Assembly (NCBI RefSeq): GCF_009914755.1
Contig: NC_060937.1
Reading direction: 5' to 3' (one strand)
Length of the DNA stretch: 64,000 nt
DNA from: the human T2T-CHM13v2.0 reference genome, Homo sapiens
The notes under the pieces are model-generated. The model searched no databases. It was not told where the DNA came from and saw only the letters and a list, made by a program, of their open reading frames with translations. Each line of letters begins with the position of its first letter. Positions within the stretch are counted from its first letter, which is position 1. Of this stretch, positions 14,816 to 31,877 are shown in pieces. A program made the position numbers and the translations under genes.

Positions 14816-16689
14816 ACAGTTAGGTTCTTCAGCATTTACTTCCATCCTACTTAGATAGGCAGGCAGCACTGGAAATATTCACTATGGAAAGAGTCTCATC
14901 TCTCCATCAAGTTTCCTGCCCCATGACCAGACTGCCTCAAGCTGATAGGGCTTGTCTGTGTGATTCTCCACTTAGCATTGCCTCCTTCAGAGAGGAACCT
15001 CTCTAAGTCTCCCACCCACAAGTTATGTACCTTCTACGCATTTCTGAAAAGAAGAAAAGTACCTCTTACCTTGGAAAAGTGTGCTTTGCTGGCCCTTTAG
15101 GACTGTAACCAATAGTATTCTCTCTTCCACCAGCTCTACCTGATTTTCACGGCATTTGATAGCTCTTTGATAGTATTTGATGTGGTCAGTGTTTCAGATG
15201 TTTTCTGGTTTTGTCAGAGACAGAATTGTATGTCATCCTCCTTGTGTTTTTTATTGAATAATTTCTGAGTGGAGAAAGGGAAATACAACTTTCCTCTGCC
15301 ACACTCAAAATGGATGCCCATTCCTCCTTTTAGTACTCAAATAGCAAGAGATCAAGTTCCAGTGATTTAAGACCACTTGAAGTACAGTTTTTAATGAAAA
15401 TTATTCCTTGTGATTTCTGGATATTTCTGGGAATTTCAGGGAAGTACCACTTGTTCCACAAATTTATCCTCTTTGATGTATGTCATCTTGGGCAATTGTC
15501 TCACTTTAGATTGCTTCTTCCCTTCCTATAGCTTACCTTTTGCCAACTCATAACTAACTTCTTCAGGTTACTGCCACTTTCCACATATATCTTTTTTAAT
15601 TCTCAAAGACCTGCTGAGCTCAAGTTATAGTTTCAGCTAGGTATTACAGAAGGCCCGGGGATAACAGACAGCAACACAGAGAACTAACAACTTCCAATAA
15701 AAGCGTGTGGGCCTTAGTGCCCACCAGGCCAACCCGAACCTAAGTCCCTGGAAACTTCCTGCAAATAATTCATACGTCCAGGTCAACCCAAACAAATGAA
15801 GTAGAAGTCTTCACCCAGAGCAGCTCTAGCCCGAACTCTCTTCAACCCCAGAAGAATAGAGAATCTTTCCTTCCTCCAGACCAAGGCTTGCCTGTTTTTT
15901 TCTCAGGATTGTTGACAGAGGGACCATTCATTCCATTCAGGGGAAACTCCATTCCTGTCCATAAGGATGTGAACTGAGCTATATAATCAGGACAAGAATA
16001 TCACAATAGTCCAGGATTATGTATCTCCAGTAGCACGAGAACATACAGAGACAGGCCAGGTGGTACTTAACTGACTAAGTCCAGTTCAAGTTCAAGTCAC
16101 AGCCTGTCTTCCAAATTAATATAGTCTTTCTACTCTAGCCTTAACTCCCAATCCCTAGTAAACAGAGTCTTACTTAGGTAAGAACATACATATGTACCTA
16201 CACATATATCACACATATATCTCCCCCTTCAAAAAAGTAATTTTCAAGCATACAGCAGTCAAAATTCAGGTTTGAGTTCAGATTGGGAGAAAATTAGCTA
16301 ATTCTTTAATGCCAGGGTTCTTCTACTATATCCAAGTTCACCTTCCTAAACGATACCCTTAAGATCTCAGTCAAAAATATCTTCATTTGAATTAATTCGC
16401 CAATTTAGAGCTTCCCAAACTAAAATTAGGTCATATATGACTAAAAATGGTTTTCAATATATTTCCTCCTGGAACAACCCCATCCCCATCTCTTCTAAAA
16501 AAGGCAGAAATTTTTTACAACTCCCCAAATGACAGCTTTCAACAATTCAAAAAAATTAAATATCTTCTCCACTAAACACATATTTATAAAGTATATACAT
16601 CAGTTCTAGGAATAAACATCTTGGATTTTTATATCTTTCTCCAAACCAATGGTTATTTGTCTTACATGGCAAAATACTTAATAAGGCAT

Positions 16690-17700
16690 GATACCTAACA
16701 CTGATTACAGCCCACCAGGGGACTCTGGTCCATGCCAAACCCAATGTGATCACAACTGCCCTTGCCTTGGACACTGTGCTCTGTTAATGCGGCCAAAGGT
16801 ATCCTCAGCATTCTTGGTAACCACCTCACATCACTGGCTGACTATAAACAGTTTGGTCAGTGACACAGAGATTTTTTTTCACATGAATTATTGTCAGGCA
16901 AAGCCCCCCCATACATCTAGGGCTCTTTTTTAATTTGAGTGTACAACTTGACATTTAGCCCTACTAAATTTTCTCTTTCTTATTTTTGCTCACTACTTGT
17001 CCCTCAAAACCATTTTGAACCTTGTCTTCTAAAAGTTTAACTGTTTCTTATCAGTGCTTATTGCTCACAAATATGATAAACTTGCCTTCCATCTCATCAA
17101 CATTGTAAATAATATTTCGAACAAAACAGTCACAGTTGGGACCCTACATCATGTCACTGAAAACATTAGTCCAGGCTGATCTCAACCAGTTATTTAACAC
17201 TCTAAGCCATGGAGGTAAACTGCAAGCTGCAGGCAAAATGTGACCTGCCATTTGTTTTTGTAAAGCAGGTTTTAAGGTTTTATTGGAAACCCAGGAATGT
17301 TCATTCATTTATGTCTATCTGTGGCTGCTTTTCTGCTACAGTGGTAGACTTGAGTAGTTGCATCAGTGACCATGGGCCATAAAACCAACACTATTTGCTT
17401 TCTGGAAATGTATAGCAAAAGCTCGCTGTCTGTTGCTCTAAGTGACAGATGGGTCAGTCAGGTCTAAATGCCACCTAATGGAACTATCATCCCTTTGTTA
17501 GTTGTATGAAGAAATTTCAAATGTCATTCTACTGAAATGAAAATATCTAAATCCACAGCATTCTTTTGGTCTATAGAATTTCAAAGCATCTCCAAAAAGG
17601 AAATCAAATTAGTTTTGTTTAGATTTTCCTGTATTCTTCTCATTCCAAAATAAGGCTAGGAATTGTCAATCTATAGTTTTTACATTTTTTTACCCGCTTT
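16690..17700 (-). mobile_element. L3/CR1 LINE relic split by MER58A
   Basis: ttttcacatgaattattgtcagg...acatttagccctactaaattt resembles recalled L3 consensus. Confidence 0.6.
17207..17434. mobile_element. MER58A hAT DNA transposon
   Basis: gttttattggaa...tggctgctttt...ttgagtagttgc; 8-bp TSD actctaag/gctctaag. Confidence 0.85.
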
Positions 17701-18689
17701 TTAGAAATTGGGTCCACCCTACTTTTCTGGAATATCTACCATTCTCCATAACATACGGCAATTCCTCAAACAGGAAAGCTGTTTCATTTAGTGATTATAA
17801 TACCAGAGCAAAGCAACTGCCATTGTATTTCTATATCTAATATTAAGATACCTATAGTAATACTGGTGTTTTATCTTCTAAGGTGATTTATTTAATATTA
17901 TGAGTTCTGGATAAGCAACTAAACGAAATAGTGCATTTTATTGCAAGTAAAATATTTCTAAATGTTACAATACAAAAAAGTAAATTACTAACATTTAAAT
18001 GTTAAACATACATTATCATTTTATATCTATACATATACATACATATGTATATGTATATGTAAATGTAATTAGTTGCTCCTGGCTCTCATGCTTCCCTCTA
18101 CTTAGCACCTTCTAAATCAGGAGCTGTTGGTGTTGTTGCCTCTTAATATAGACCTGAATGAGCTTCAGAACCTTTGAGCTGAGTTGACTTCCTACATAGA
18201 TTTGTCAGGACTGCTGCCTCCCAACTGTAACTCTGCTCTGCAAAGTGGAGCCATATTACCAAAACTGTGATTCAGTGTTCCACCAACCCATGGGGCCTGG
18301 CCTTGGTTTAGTCTACATTTTTCCCAACAGAAATATTCACCCATTTCAGAGGATCTCTCCCACCAGCTCCGTGCTTATCCTTCCCCCTATTTTGGAGTCA
18401 GGGACTGGGCTGGGGAAGAGGTGAGGGCCTAGAGCTGTTGAAGGAGCTGAGAGGAGGACAGTGGGCCAGGCAGAAGACAGCAGAGGAAGACTGGACAAAG
18501 AAGTCGACTAATGAAGGAAGCTGCTGCCCAGTGATCTAAAAAAATAATTCTTTTATTTGGGTACATACTTAGAAATAACTAGTTACAGTACATAGGAACA
18601 TTTATTCAAGTAATTTAAATAGCAAGTTACATGGGACCTTAAAGAAAAAAACAGTGTTGAAGAGGCTAAAGATATTATTCTCTGGCCTT

Positions 18690-19270
18690 TCTCTTCATTC
18701 TGCTTCCTTCTTTCAGGGCTTCTCCTCTCACCTAGATAAATGCAGAGACCTAAGTCTACCTGCTTTTGCTGCTCTGTCCCATCATGCACAGGTAGAATTC
18801 CAAACTCCTAACATCTGCTCTCAGTGTCACCTTCTACCACTTCTCCTCATGGAGCCAACACCGCAGCCATAACATCCTGCGTATCCTTGAGCACAGGATG
18901 TTTCTGTGTCTTTGTATTTATTTCTTATTTCTGGAAGAAACTTCCCCCTCTTTTCCATTAGAATAACTGCTACTGATCCTTCAAGAAAATGATCATTTTA
19001 ACTCACGAGTGAAGTGTTTCCTAAACTGCTCTTCAAGGCTACATTAAATGTTCCTATTCTGTTCTCCAACAATGCTCTGTACAAGGCTCTTTAATAGGAC
19101 TTTTCATGCCATATCATAACTACTTGTGTCCATATGTTTCACTCCCAGAAACTGAACTCTTTGAGGAAAGGGCCATTCTTTATTCAGTTCTGTATGGCTC
19201 ACTGCTATCACGGTGCCTCCCATTTGGCTGGGGCTGAGTAGTACTTAATGAACAGGAAATGGATGAGTGA
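18690..19270. mobile_element. L2 3' fragment
   Basis: gaactctttgaggaaaggg...tgtatggctcactgctatcacggtgcc, degenerate L2 tail. Confidence 0.5.
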
Positions 19271-20019
19271 ACTCATTCAAAACAGCCTGGTCCTTTCTTA
19301 CAATCACTATATCCGTTTTAAACTCCAATTATCTTTTAATCATATTTATTTGATCCTTTCTGTAGTTGGATGTGGTCAGATCATCTGTAATTTCTATACC
19401 TGCAATTTGCAGCTTCTTTAATTTCATAATTTGAAATCCATTTTAAATGGATCTTTTCTTCTAGTTTACCTCAAGTCAAATAAATGGGAAATTAAGCCAA
19501 AGGATGGCTCTGCTTGCTTTCACATCCATCAATGCCTGCCTTCCCACTGGGGCTATTTCTGCTTCACAGCCATTCCTCTGCACACATGACTGAATCCGCC
19601 CCAAGGGTCCCTTCTTGATTAGCCATGTGCCCATCATTACATTTATGACTGTCACTGCCAACTCTCCCTTTTACTCTGTCCTGTTTGCTCTTCCTCCTCC
19701 TTGTGTTTCTTTGTCTGCCTCACAAGACTCTTCTCTCAGCATTGCACAGCAACGTAAGGAAAATTGGAAATCAGAAAACCTAGCGTGTAGCTCCAGCTCC
19801 AACGGTAACTAACCGAGCAACTTAGAGCGACAAATAGGCCCATGACTGCTGTTGAAGCAGCTAAAGATATTATAGTAGATGCTTCCTTTGTATGCTGATT
19901 TAATTGTCAAAACATACTACAAGGTATGTGCTAAAATATCCATTCAAAAGATAAAGAGGCTGAAGCTAAAGTGAATTTCTTACAGTCACATGGCATGTTA
20001 GCTACAAACTCCAGCAAAG

Positions 20020-20240
20020 CAGAATGGAGTAAACCAGGCAGACTAGGGTTCAAATCCTGACTCCATCACCCATTAGCTGGCCCATCTCCAGTGAATTAAT
20101 CATTTTGAGTAACAGTTTTGTATTTATTAAAAAGTGGATAATACTGTCAACCCTGCAGCTCTGTGTATGATAGATAAGTGAGAGCAGTTGTCAAGCAAAC
20201 AGCATGGTGCCTGACACATTTTAAGTGCTCAAAAAATGGT
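20020..20240 (+). mobile_element. MIR
   Basis: gggttcaaatcctgactcc...atggtgcctgacacattttaagtgctcaa. Confidence 0.75.
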
Positions 20241-22734
20241 AACTCTTAATGTGAAGCAGAGATACCAGGCTTCAAACCTGGCTATAAAGCCTATGTTCCC
20301 ATGAACATTTTGTCCTGCCTCTTAGGCAAATTCATTTCTCCATTAAGTGAGGGGTTGAATAAGAAGCTTTGAGAACTGCAAACACCTGGCTTGTCCTTCT
20401 GTTTTAGCCACTTCCTCAAATAGGTTTGTCACTAAACCTCTAAACTTCAGTTTATTCATCTATGAAATGGGGGGTGGGTCTTTCCTTGGAGCTTTTGAGG
20501 GTCTGATTGAATAAAGTGGAATATCTTGAGAAATACTATATTTAAAGGAATTTCTCTATAGGGTTAACTGATTAGGACTCCTTCGGCACCACCATCCACC
20601 TCATTTTTTGTTTTTTCTAATGCCAGTGTTTGAGGTACTAGACAGCAGATAAGTGAGAGAAGACAGTTTACTGCTTGGCGAGGCACTCAAATAACACCAT
20701 GTAATTTATGTTTCGTTTCCAGTTCATGAAGCCAGCCCTAACACAGCATCTGTTCTTATGTTTCGAAAATTAGTGAGTTCTTTTCCTTGCCTGAAGAGTA
20801 GATTTCAATTAAGTAAGGAAAAACTGTCCCCTACAAAAAAAAATTAACTGTAGCATGCCAAAAACGGAGTCCAGCATTAATTGTATGTAGCGATTGCTGA
20901 CTATAGGGTGAATGCACTTGGACAGAATTCTGTGCTTCTGAGCAACCGCACACACGGGGAATATTATGGGATGGCTGAATGATTAAACTTCTTATTTGAA
21001 GTGATTGGTGTTATAATTAAGGGATCCACTATTTGTTCAGAGAGTGGGTCAGGGGTGGGGGCTAAGGCACACGTAAGGCCCTGCATAGCCGGTGTTTCAT
21101 ACTATGTCCTATTTTGTCCATGCTGGGCTTCTAGACATAAACATAGCTGACCTGATGCACGAGTCATATTTCTACATTACCCTAGCAACTTCCTATAGTC
21201 AGGGAAGCTACAGCTACTTCATAAAGAAGTCCTGGCTGGAACTATTGATTCTGGCCAAAGACTGGGAGCAAACTCAGGATCCTACAGGGCTGCATTGGAA
21301 TTATTACAATAATCTAGTTATTTGATTTGGCTGCTTACCCCTACAGAAATATAGGGAGACGTGGTGCAAAACAGTAAAAACAAGAAATCAATTTAGAATC
21401 ACATCTACATTTAAGACCTCCCTCCAGCTCTGCCTTGGTGCAGTCTCCCTCCCTACCAAACCCAACTCTTTCACCTGGCTTTAGAGCCCATCCCCTCCCA
21501 CAGACTTGCCTGCATCAGTGATCTTTTATCTCTCATAGATCAATCCTTCTGTCTTTATTTTTCCTCCCTCTTCATTTGTTAGATTCTCAGCTGTTGTTGA
21601 CAACTTGAGTCAGTCTCCCATTTCCTTCTTTAAAGGGCTATTAATCCTCAAGAACAGCTGGTTCTCTACTGGTTCTTCCTCCTCATCATACATTCACTGA
21701 AGCCTCCTGTACTGTCATTTCTATTTCCAATATTTGACGGAAGATGCTCTCCCAAAATGTCAACAATGGCCTCCTAAAGGTTAGCTCTTACTCTCTCTTC
21801 TCAGTCCTCAAAGTACTGAAGTTTGGCATTGTTGCCTACACCTACTTTTTAGAAATATTTCTCCTCTGCTTTGGAACCCTGATTTCTGCTGAGTCTCTAC
21901 TACCCATGATCATTCATATTTTAGTCTTCTATTTCTCTGCTTATCCTTTAAGTAACAATTTTGACTAGGATTCTTTTCGCGATCTTCTTTTATTATTCAT
22001 CCTTGGCTATAATGATGAATGCAGTTAAACTTTGTTGCAACAATTAAGATAATTGTACAATGCCTGGCATTTACTAAGCATTCAATAAATAGCAGTAGTT
22101 ATAAAAAATCTTTTCATCTTCATTTCCCACCACATGGAGTCATAAAACTTATGTTCCAATACACAGATTTTATGCTTTCCTACAACAACTTGGTATTTCC
22201 GCAGACATTATCTTCATCATGGAATGTCTCGTTCCCTCTCCCAAGGAGGACTTTACACAGCTTTCAAAGACCCATTAAAATATTACCTTCTTTTTAAAGC
22301 TTTTCTCAATGTCTCATTAGAATTTTACTCTGGCCCCCAAAATACCTTGCCACCTCCATTGAAACTAATTGCTTTATCTCTTTAAAATAATAATGTAGCC
22401 TGTCTAAAAGCTGAGGCGCCACATGACTCACTCCACACACAAAGTATGTTCAAACGACAGACCAGCAATCCAAATATTTAAAATACAATTTTAATTTGTA
22501 TTCACATCTTGACATTTGTAAGTGCTTTGCAGTTTATAACCCACAAGAACACTTCTCAAAAAGTTCTTTTGCCTTTTCCTAATTCTTTCTCATATCTTCC
22601 TTCAGCTGCTCTAAAATAATTCACAGCTAAATCTTCCTAAATTCTCCCATTTACCCAGTACCCATGGCATTTCTTGCTTTACTTTTTTTAGATTGAATTA
22701 GCCTCTTATTTATCTGGTTTTTGCTCCAGTATTC

Positions 22735-22820
22735 AGACACTCCTGATTCTGCATCTTCCAAAATTTAGAACTTCCTTGGAAAATATCTCTCTTTTTAGAT
22801 GACACAGGAATTGAATAATG
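22735..22820 (-). pseudogene. Candidate terminal exon of minus-strand gene relic
   Basis: Acceptor ttttattttctccctgccctacactag|c; continuing the phase of the previous exon reads CIIQFLCHLKREIFSKEVLNFGRCRIRSV*; lower boundary approximate. Confidence 0.4.
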
Positions 22821-23264
22821 CTAGTGTAGGGCAGGGAGAAAATAAAACACTCACACATGAAGAAATTACAACCATCACCATTTTAATTGTATATGTTTTC
22901 TTCTTCTTCTTCATTTACAATAGTACTTGAAGAAAGATTCTACATCATTTGTTTTCTTTAGCACCAAGGCACCCATAATTTATGCACTTATTTGTAGAAC
23001 ACATAGTATATATTAGACAGAAATGGCTGTCAGAAGGAGGAGGAAAAGCTGGAGAAAGAAAAGGTGACAGAATCAACAAGGATACCGCTCTCAGAGAGTT
23101 TATGATAAGTGATCAAGATCAAAGTGCCTAGAACATTAGAGATTCTCAAGAATTATTCGCCAAATTGATTGCAACTCCTACTCCCCCAGCTACTTATGTA
23201 TATATATAGAAACTACTCTGTATTACACAGCAAACTGGCATACAAAATTTCAGAAGTAACTTAC

Positions 23265-23320
23265 CATGGTTGTCTTTGACCTAGGTGTTTTAGTTGGTTG
23301 TGAGAGTTCTGAAAAGTGAT
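23265..23320 (-). pseudogene. Candidate exon, 56 nt (or 44 nt from 23308), phase 0 to 2
   Basis: Donor atg|gtaagt; open frame ITFQNSHNQLKHLGQRQP; two in-frame acceptors. Confidence 0.5.
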
Positions 23321-23369
23321 CTATGATAACAGTTAAGTTATTAAAGATTTTATATGTTAAAAATAAAGT

Positions 23370-23749
<380 letters not shown>

Positions 23750-25734
23750 CTGAAAGATAAAGGAATAAAATTAAAATTAGTGTGCTACAAATGACAAACA
23801 AACCTGGGTACATCCATGACTGTGTGCCTTCCATGTGACATCTATTCCCAAACACGTTCACAATGGAAAAAGAGGTAAGAACAAATAGTTGAATAAAGGT
23901 CCCACATTTATTGGTTTTCATAACAAACCAGCAAGACAGCAATCTCAAAGCGACTAAGACACTTTCTGACATTGTCATCCTTTTGTTCATGTTCTTCCTC
24001 ACCTTTCCTCTTCCCCGATACCATTTTCATTCCTTTCACAAACTCCATTGTTTTCATAAACAATATTTTTATTCAAATCCCTCATTCCCATTTTGAGTTA
24101 CTTTGTTATTTTAAATTTTCCTCTTCCACTCTTTACATTTTCCTCTTTGGGGTACACTTTCTCATGCCCACCCCACTCTCCAGCTCCTGCTTTGGAAACA
24201 GAGGCAGCTAAATCAGCAGCTGTGGCTGAGGAAGCAGAGCTAGAAGGGGCAGAATGAAAGGAAGCTGATTAGCTGTGTGCATATGTCATTCAGGATAATT
24301 CATGAGCTTTAACATCCAACCACACACACATTAGTCAGGGAGATAACAAGAAAGAGATTTAACCCAAGGGGAGATTAAGAACATAGGCCCAACTGGATCT
24401 CATTTTCCTAGGAAAGACACTTCTGAATGTTAAGAATTAAAACCCATGATTCTCTTTATCCAATTCTCAGTCCATTTCTCCTATGCAGTAATTGGACTGC
24501 CCTCTTCACCCTACCTTCTCAAAAACTCTTTTTTTTTACCATCCTTTAAAAATCTTCTGAAACCACATTTCCTTAAGAAATTCTTCCTCAAATTTGAAGG
24601 AGTAGAGGCCATTTGTCCTACTATTCAACATCAATACATCATTCCCCATCTAAATATGCAAATACCTTGTCTTTACAGATAATATAATTACATAAATAAA
24701 AATTAAATTGCTTTTCACTTAAACCTCAGGAGACTACACAAACCAAGTTATTTGGTTGACAGAAAATTTACATCTCAACTTCTTTTTTTGTAAGTTTTCA
24801 AAATCCATTTTATCTCACTAAAACTTTTCTTCAACCTTATAGATACTATTAGTCTCTTGAACACACCATTTTCCTGACTTTACCTCCTTCCCTACCCAAG
24901 CATAGCCACTTGGGCCACTCTTTTTCTAGCTCTTTTAACAGGGCCCTTTTACCCAAATTAACTCTAACTTCCTCATCCCTGGTCCTAACTAGCAATCCCT
25001 ATTCTCCACTCTCACACCCAAACCACTGAGCACTACTGATTTCTTCTAATTACCTGATAGTGAATTCAGGGGTAGTGGGCATAATCTTATGTATATTGAG
25101 TGATAATAAATTCATAGTGCCTCAAACATCTTTTGGTTTTTCCCCACCACTTGCATTTTATATGTGTCAGTGCCAATTGCCAATCCCCCAAGCAGCTATT
25201 TCAAACCCTCATCATTCCCTTCAAAAACCAATCAGTTCACTTCACAGTGAATAACCTTGTTTTATTCTTATTCTAGAGGTTTACCAGGAAAAAAAAAGTC
25301 CTCAGCTCCTTATCTGTCTTCATAGAAATCTATCTACATTCATTCTCTTCCCTTTAGCACTCCACTGAATCTCAGAGAAAGAAGCATCTTTTCAAACCTC
25401 TCCAGCCTCATTCTCTGAAATTTTCTTACCATGTATTTTTCCCTCAGTCTATACACATTCAAAAATTTTTCTAAAAATAAATATTGGGCCGATAAAGTCA
25501 CCCAATCACTAATCAACATTTGCCTCACCCTTCTGCTTTATTCCCCCACTCTTCCAGTCAACTTTTTTGAAAAACTAGCTTACTATTCTTTTGAAAAACA
25601 GACTACACTTCTTACTCTCATTCAGTTTCCAGCCCCTTACCATAAAGCTTCATGCTAAACACATCACCAAAACTGAGCTGAATGTGGTCAGTATTTACTA
25701 GCTAAAAGTAAATATCATTATGAGACATTTTATA

Positions 25735-25735
<1 letters not shown>

Positions 25736-25767
<32 letters not shown>
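25736..25767 (+). repeat. (CA)n microsatellite
   Basis: Uninterrupted CA run. Confidence 0.97.
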
Positions 25768-26186
25768 CTCCTGTAATCTTCATCTTCTTCAGGAGCAACT
25801 ATGTTCAAATTTTACTTCTGTAATTGACTTCAAAATTTCTCAGTAATAGGTGTATTCTGCTATCACTACATCAATTTCAGGCAATATTTGTTAAATTGCT
25901 ATTACAGGAATTTACACCCTTCTCTATATCCCATCTTGTTACACTGTTATATCACAAATTTTGGTTGTTTTCATTTCAGTGTTTGTATTACTATGAGTAT
26001 GCAAGCTACTACTTACTACTGAGCCAAGTAACAAACTATAACTAGATTCCCTTTCTTCAACATCTTTTTTTTCTAGATGTAAAACATATCCCTAATATTT
26101 TCATTTGCTTGATTTCTCTGTATCTTAGGCTATATCCCCTCATACTTCTACCATCTGTGTAAAAATCCTCCTCATGAAAATTTTCA

Positions 26187-26480
<294 letters not shown>

Positions 26481-26588
26481 TTATTATCATAAAACTCTAT
26501 ATTTTTCATAAGTTTTCATTTTTTCTGAGACTTTCCTCTGAGAGTGTCAGTGATCTTTCTCCAGTAAATTTGGGGGGCCAGGGCAGAA

Positions 26589-26947
26589 TACTACTGTTAG
26601 AATATGTACTTCAAAAAGCATGCATTGAAAACTTTATTTCCAGTGAAACAGTTTTAAGAGGTGAGACCTTCAAGAAGTAACTAGGACATGAGGACTCTGC
26701 TTTCATAAATGGATTAATGGCATTATTGTGGGAATGGATTTTTTTATAGAAGGAAAATTCAGCCCTTTTTTGCCTCTCTCTCTTTTCAGCCCTTTTGTCA
26801 TGGGATACACAGCAAGAAGGTCCTTGCTAGATGCTGGTCCTTTGATCTTGAACTTTCCAGCCTCCAGAGCTCTAAGTCACTAAAATTCTGTTCATTATAA
26901 ATTATGCAGTCTGCGATATTCTGTTACAGCAGAACAAAACTAAGAAA
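26589..26947 (+). mobile_element. MaLR solo LTR (MSTD/MLT1A-like)
   Basis: aagaggtgagaccttcaagaag...gatcttgaactttccagcctccag...tgttacagcag. Confidence 0.82.
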
Positions 26948-27191
26948 ACCATATTCAGAGAACTGTTACTTTTTTCCATGTCTGGAAAGTCCCTGGAAAA
27001 CCCATTCTCAGGGTTTGTTGTTATTTGATATGATTCAGACCTTGGTCAGTGCCAGTAGCCTTTTCCATGGAACTTTTGACCAACGCAGTCAGCAGCAATT
27101 GTTTAACCTAATGCTGCCTAAAACAGTAACACCAGTAAATAAGAGCCTGGCCAAAAATTTCTGAAAGAAAAAAAGCTGTGGTTGGATACAT

Positions 27192-29292
<2,101 letters not shown>

Positions 29293-29744
29293 AAGAAAAA
29301 GCTGGGGTATGCAATGTATGTACAAGCTTTGCATGTCTTTAGAAAGCTCCAATGTATTACAGGAAATTGAGAAGTCCATGGAAATGTATAGGGCTGGACA
29401 CTTGCCAAAGCCTGTGAATACACATAGAAAAAAACTGAGACGGTCCTAAGCTGACCTTTAGGCACTGTAAAGGCAGGAATAATGAAGACAAACGCAGAGA
29501 TATATGCTTCCTGACTGAAGGCATTGAAGGCATGCCTAAAACATACACAGAAGCTCTTGCAAAGGCTGGATGTCATATTGGTTCAAAGCATTTAAGGAAA
29601 TCTCTGTTCAATCATTAGCTGACTATGGAGTTAGCTTAAGAGGGGCACTAAATAAAGAAACAGCAACACAACAACATAGAGCAATGATGAACCTTAGGAG
29701 AGATGAAAAATCTTGATTTACAAAGTTTTCAATTTACATTATGA

Positions 29745-30048
29745 TTTTCTTTATTTATTTATTGGGGCAAGGTCTTACTCTGTCACCCAAGCTGAAGTGC
29801 AGTGGTGTCATCACAGCTCTCTGCAGCCATGACTCCCTGGGCTCAAGCAATCCTCATTTCTCAGCCTCATGAGTACCTGGGAATACAGGTATGTACCACT
29901 GTGCCTAGGTAATTTTTTTTAATTTTTTGGACAAATGGAGGTCTCACTATGTTGCCCAGGCTGGTCTCAAACTCCTAGCCTCAAGTGATCCTCCCATCTT
30001 GGCCTCCCTAAGTGCTGGGATTCCAGGCATAAGCCACTGTTTCCAACC
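29745..30048 (-). mobile_element. AluJ element
   Basis: Antisense Alu with ctgggctcaagcaatcctc (J-type). Confidence 0.93.
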
Positions 30049-31544
30049 CAAAATTATATTATTTTAAATGTTCAGTGTTCAACAACAACAAAAATTGAGG
30101 CATGTAAATAATCAAGAAAGTATGGCCTATACAGAGAAAATGAAGCATCAATAGAAACCGCCCCTTGAGAATTTGCTGATGATTGGCTTATGAGACAAAG
30201 ACTTTAAATCAGTTATTTCAAATACGTTCCCAAAAAATCACATCTAAAAATATTAAAGGAAAGTATGAGAACACTACCCAGTAAAATATAGAATACAAAC
30301 AAACACATGGATATTATTTTTTAAAGAACCAATAGAAATTATGGAGTAGAAGGTACAATAAATTTGCTAGAGAGAACTCAACAGCAGATGTGAGTCAATA
30401 AAAGGACAAATTGACTGACTTTAATTAAGGTTGTCCAGTCTTCAGAATAGAAAGAAACAAAAATGAAAAAAGTTAACAGATCCTCAGGGACCTTTGAAAC
30501 ACCATCAAGCATATCAAATATGCATCATAGAAGTCCCAGAAGAATAAGAAAGAAGGCAGAAAGAATATTTGAGAAAATAATTGTCAAAAATTTTCTGAAT
30601 TTGATGAAGGGCATTAATGTACACATTCAAGAAGTTCAACAAACTCCAAATAGAACAAACTTAAAGAGATCCACTCCTAAAAACATTATAATCAAACTAT
30701 CAAATCTAAAGACAAAAGAGAATCTTGAAAGTAGTAACAGAGCAGCAATTTACCACATACAATTTATCCTCAATAAGATTAGCACCTGATTTCTCTTCTG
30801 GTCCTGGAGGCCAGATGGCAGTGAGATGACATATTTAAAGTGATAAAATAACAATATTATTGACCAAGATACTGTAGCCAGTAAAACAATCCTTCAAAAA
30901 TGAAAGAGAAATTAAGATATATTTTCAGATAAACAAAACCAAAGAAAGTCATCACAAGCAGACCTGTCTTACAAGAAATACTAAAGAGATTTCTTCAAAT
31001 AGAAATGAAAGCACACTCGGCAATTACTTGAATCCATATGAATAAACAAATAGCACTGGTAAAGGTAACTAGATAGGTAAATTTGAATGACAAAAGAAAT
31101 TTTTGTCTGTAAGGCTTTTATACTGCTACCTGATTTAAAAATAATCTGAAAACAACAACAATTATAAATCTGTGTTGATAGGCACATAAGGTATAAAAAT
31201 GTAATTTGTATGACAATAATAATACAAAAGATGGAGGACATAACAGAGTTAAGTAGAACAAAAGGTTTTGTATACTGCTAAAATAAAGTTGGGAAAAATC
31301 AGAACAGGGTTGTTATAAGGTATTAATAAGGTGCCAATATTATCCCCAGGGCAACCATTAAAAAAGAAACTCAAAAAAATAGTAAAAAATGATTAAGAAT
31401 TTAAAAATATGATCCATCTCTATACTGTCTACAAAAGACACAGTTTACATCCAAACATTCAAATAGAAAGTAAGATGATGAGAAAACTATATTATGCAAA
31501 TAACAATCCTCAAAAAGCTGGAGTAACTGTAATATTAAAAATGT

Positions 31545-31877
31545 TATCCCGTCTCTACTAAAAATATAACAATTAGCCAGACATGGTAGTATGCACCTGT
31601 GGTCCCAGCTACTAGGAAGATAAATGAAAGGATCACTTGAGCCCAGGAAGTCGAAGCTGCCGTGAGCCAAGATCACGCCACTGCACTGCAGCCTGGATGA
31701 TAGAGTGAGACCCTGAAAATAGGAAAGAAAGAACAAACGAATGAACGAAAGAAAGAGAGAGAGAAGGAAGGAGGGAGGGAGGGAAGGAAGGAGGGAAGGA
31801 GAGAGAGAGAGAGCGAAGGAGGGAGGGAGGGAAGGAAGGAAGGAGGGAGGGAGAGAGAGAGAGAGAGGAAGAGAAAA
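31545..31877 (+). mobile_element. 5'-truncated AluJ with GA/GGA-rich expanded tail
   Basis: Right arm ggatcacttgagcccagg; purine-only tract ~31750-31877. Confidence 0.9.

Noticed and set aside
15537-15640. Strong minus-strand donor aag|gtaagc
   Set aside because: No good acceptor, and stops in all frames
17989-18062. AT-rich palindromes (taacatttaaatgtta; TA/CA/TG run)
   Set aside because: Low complexity, expected by chance
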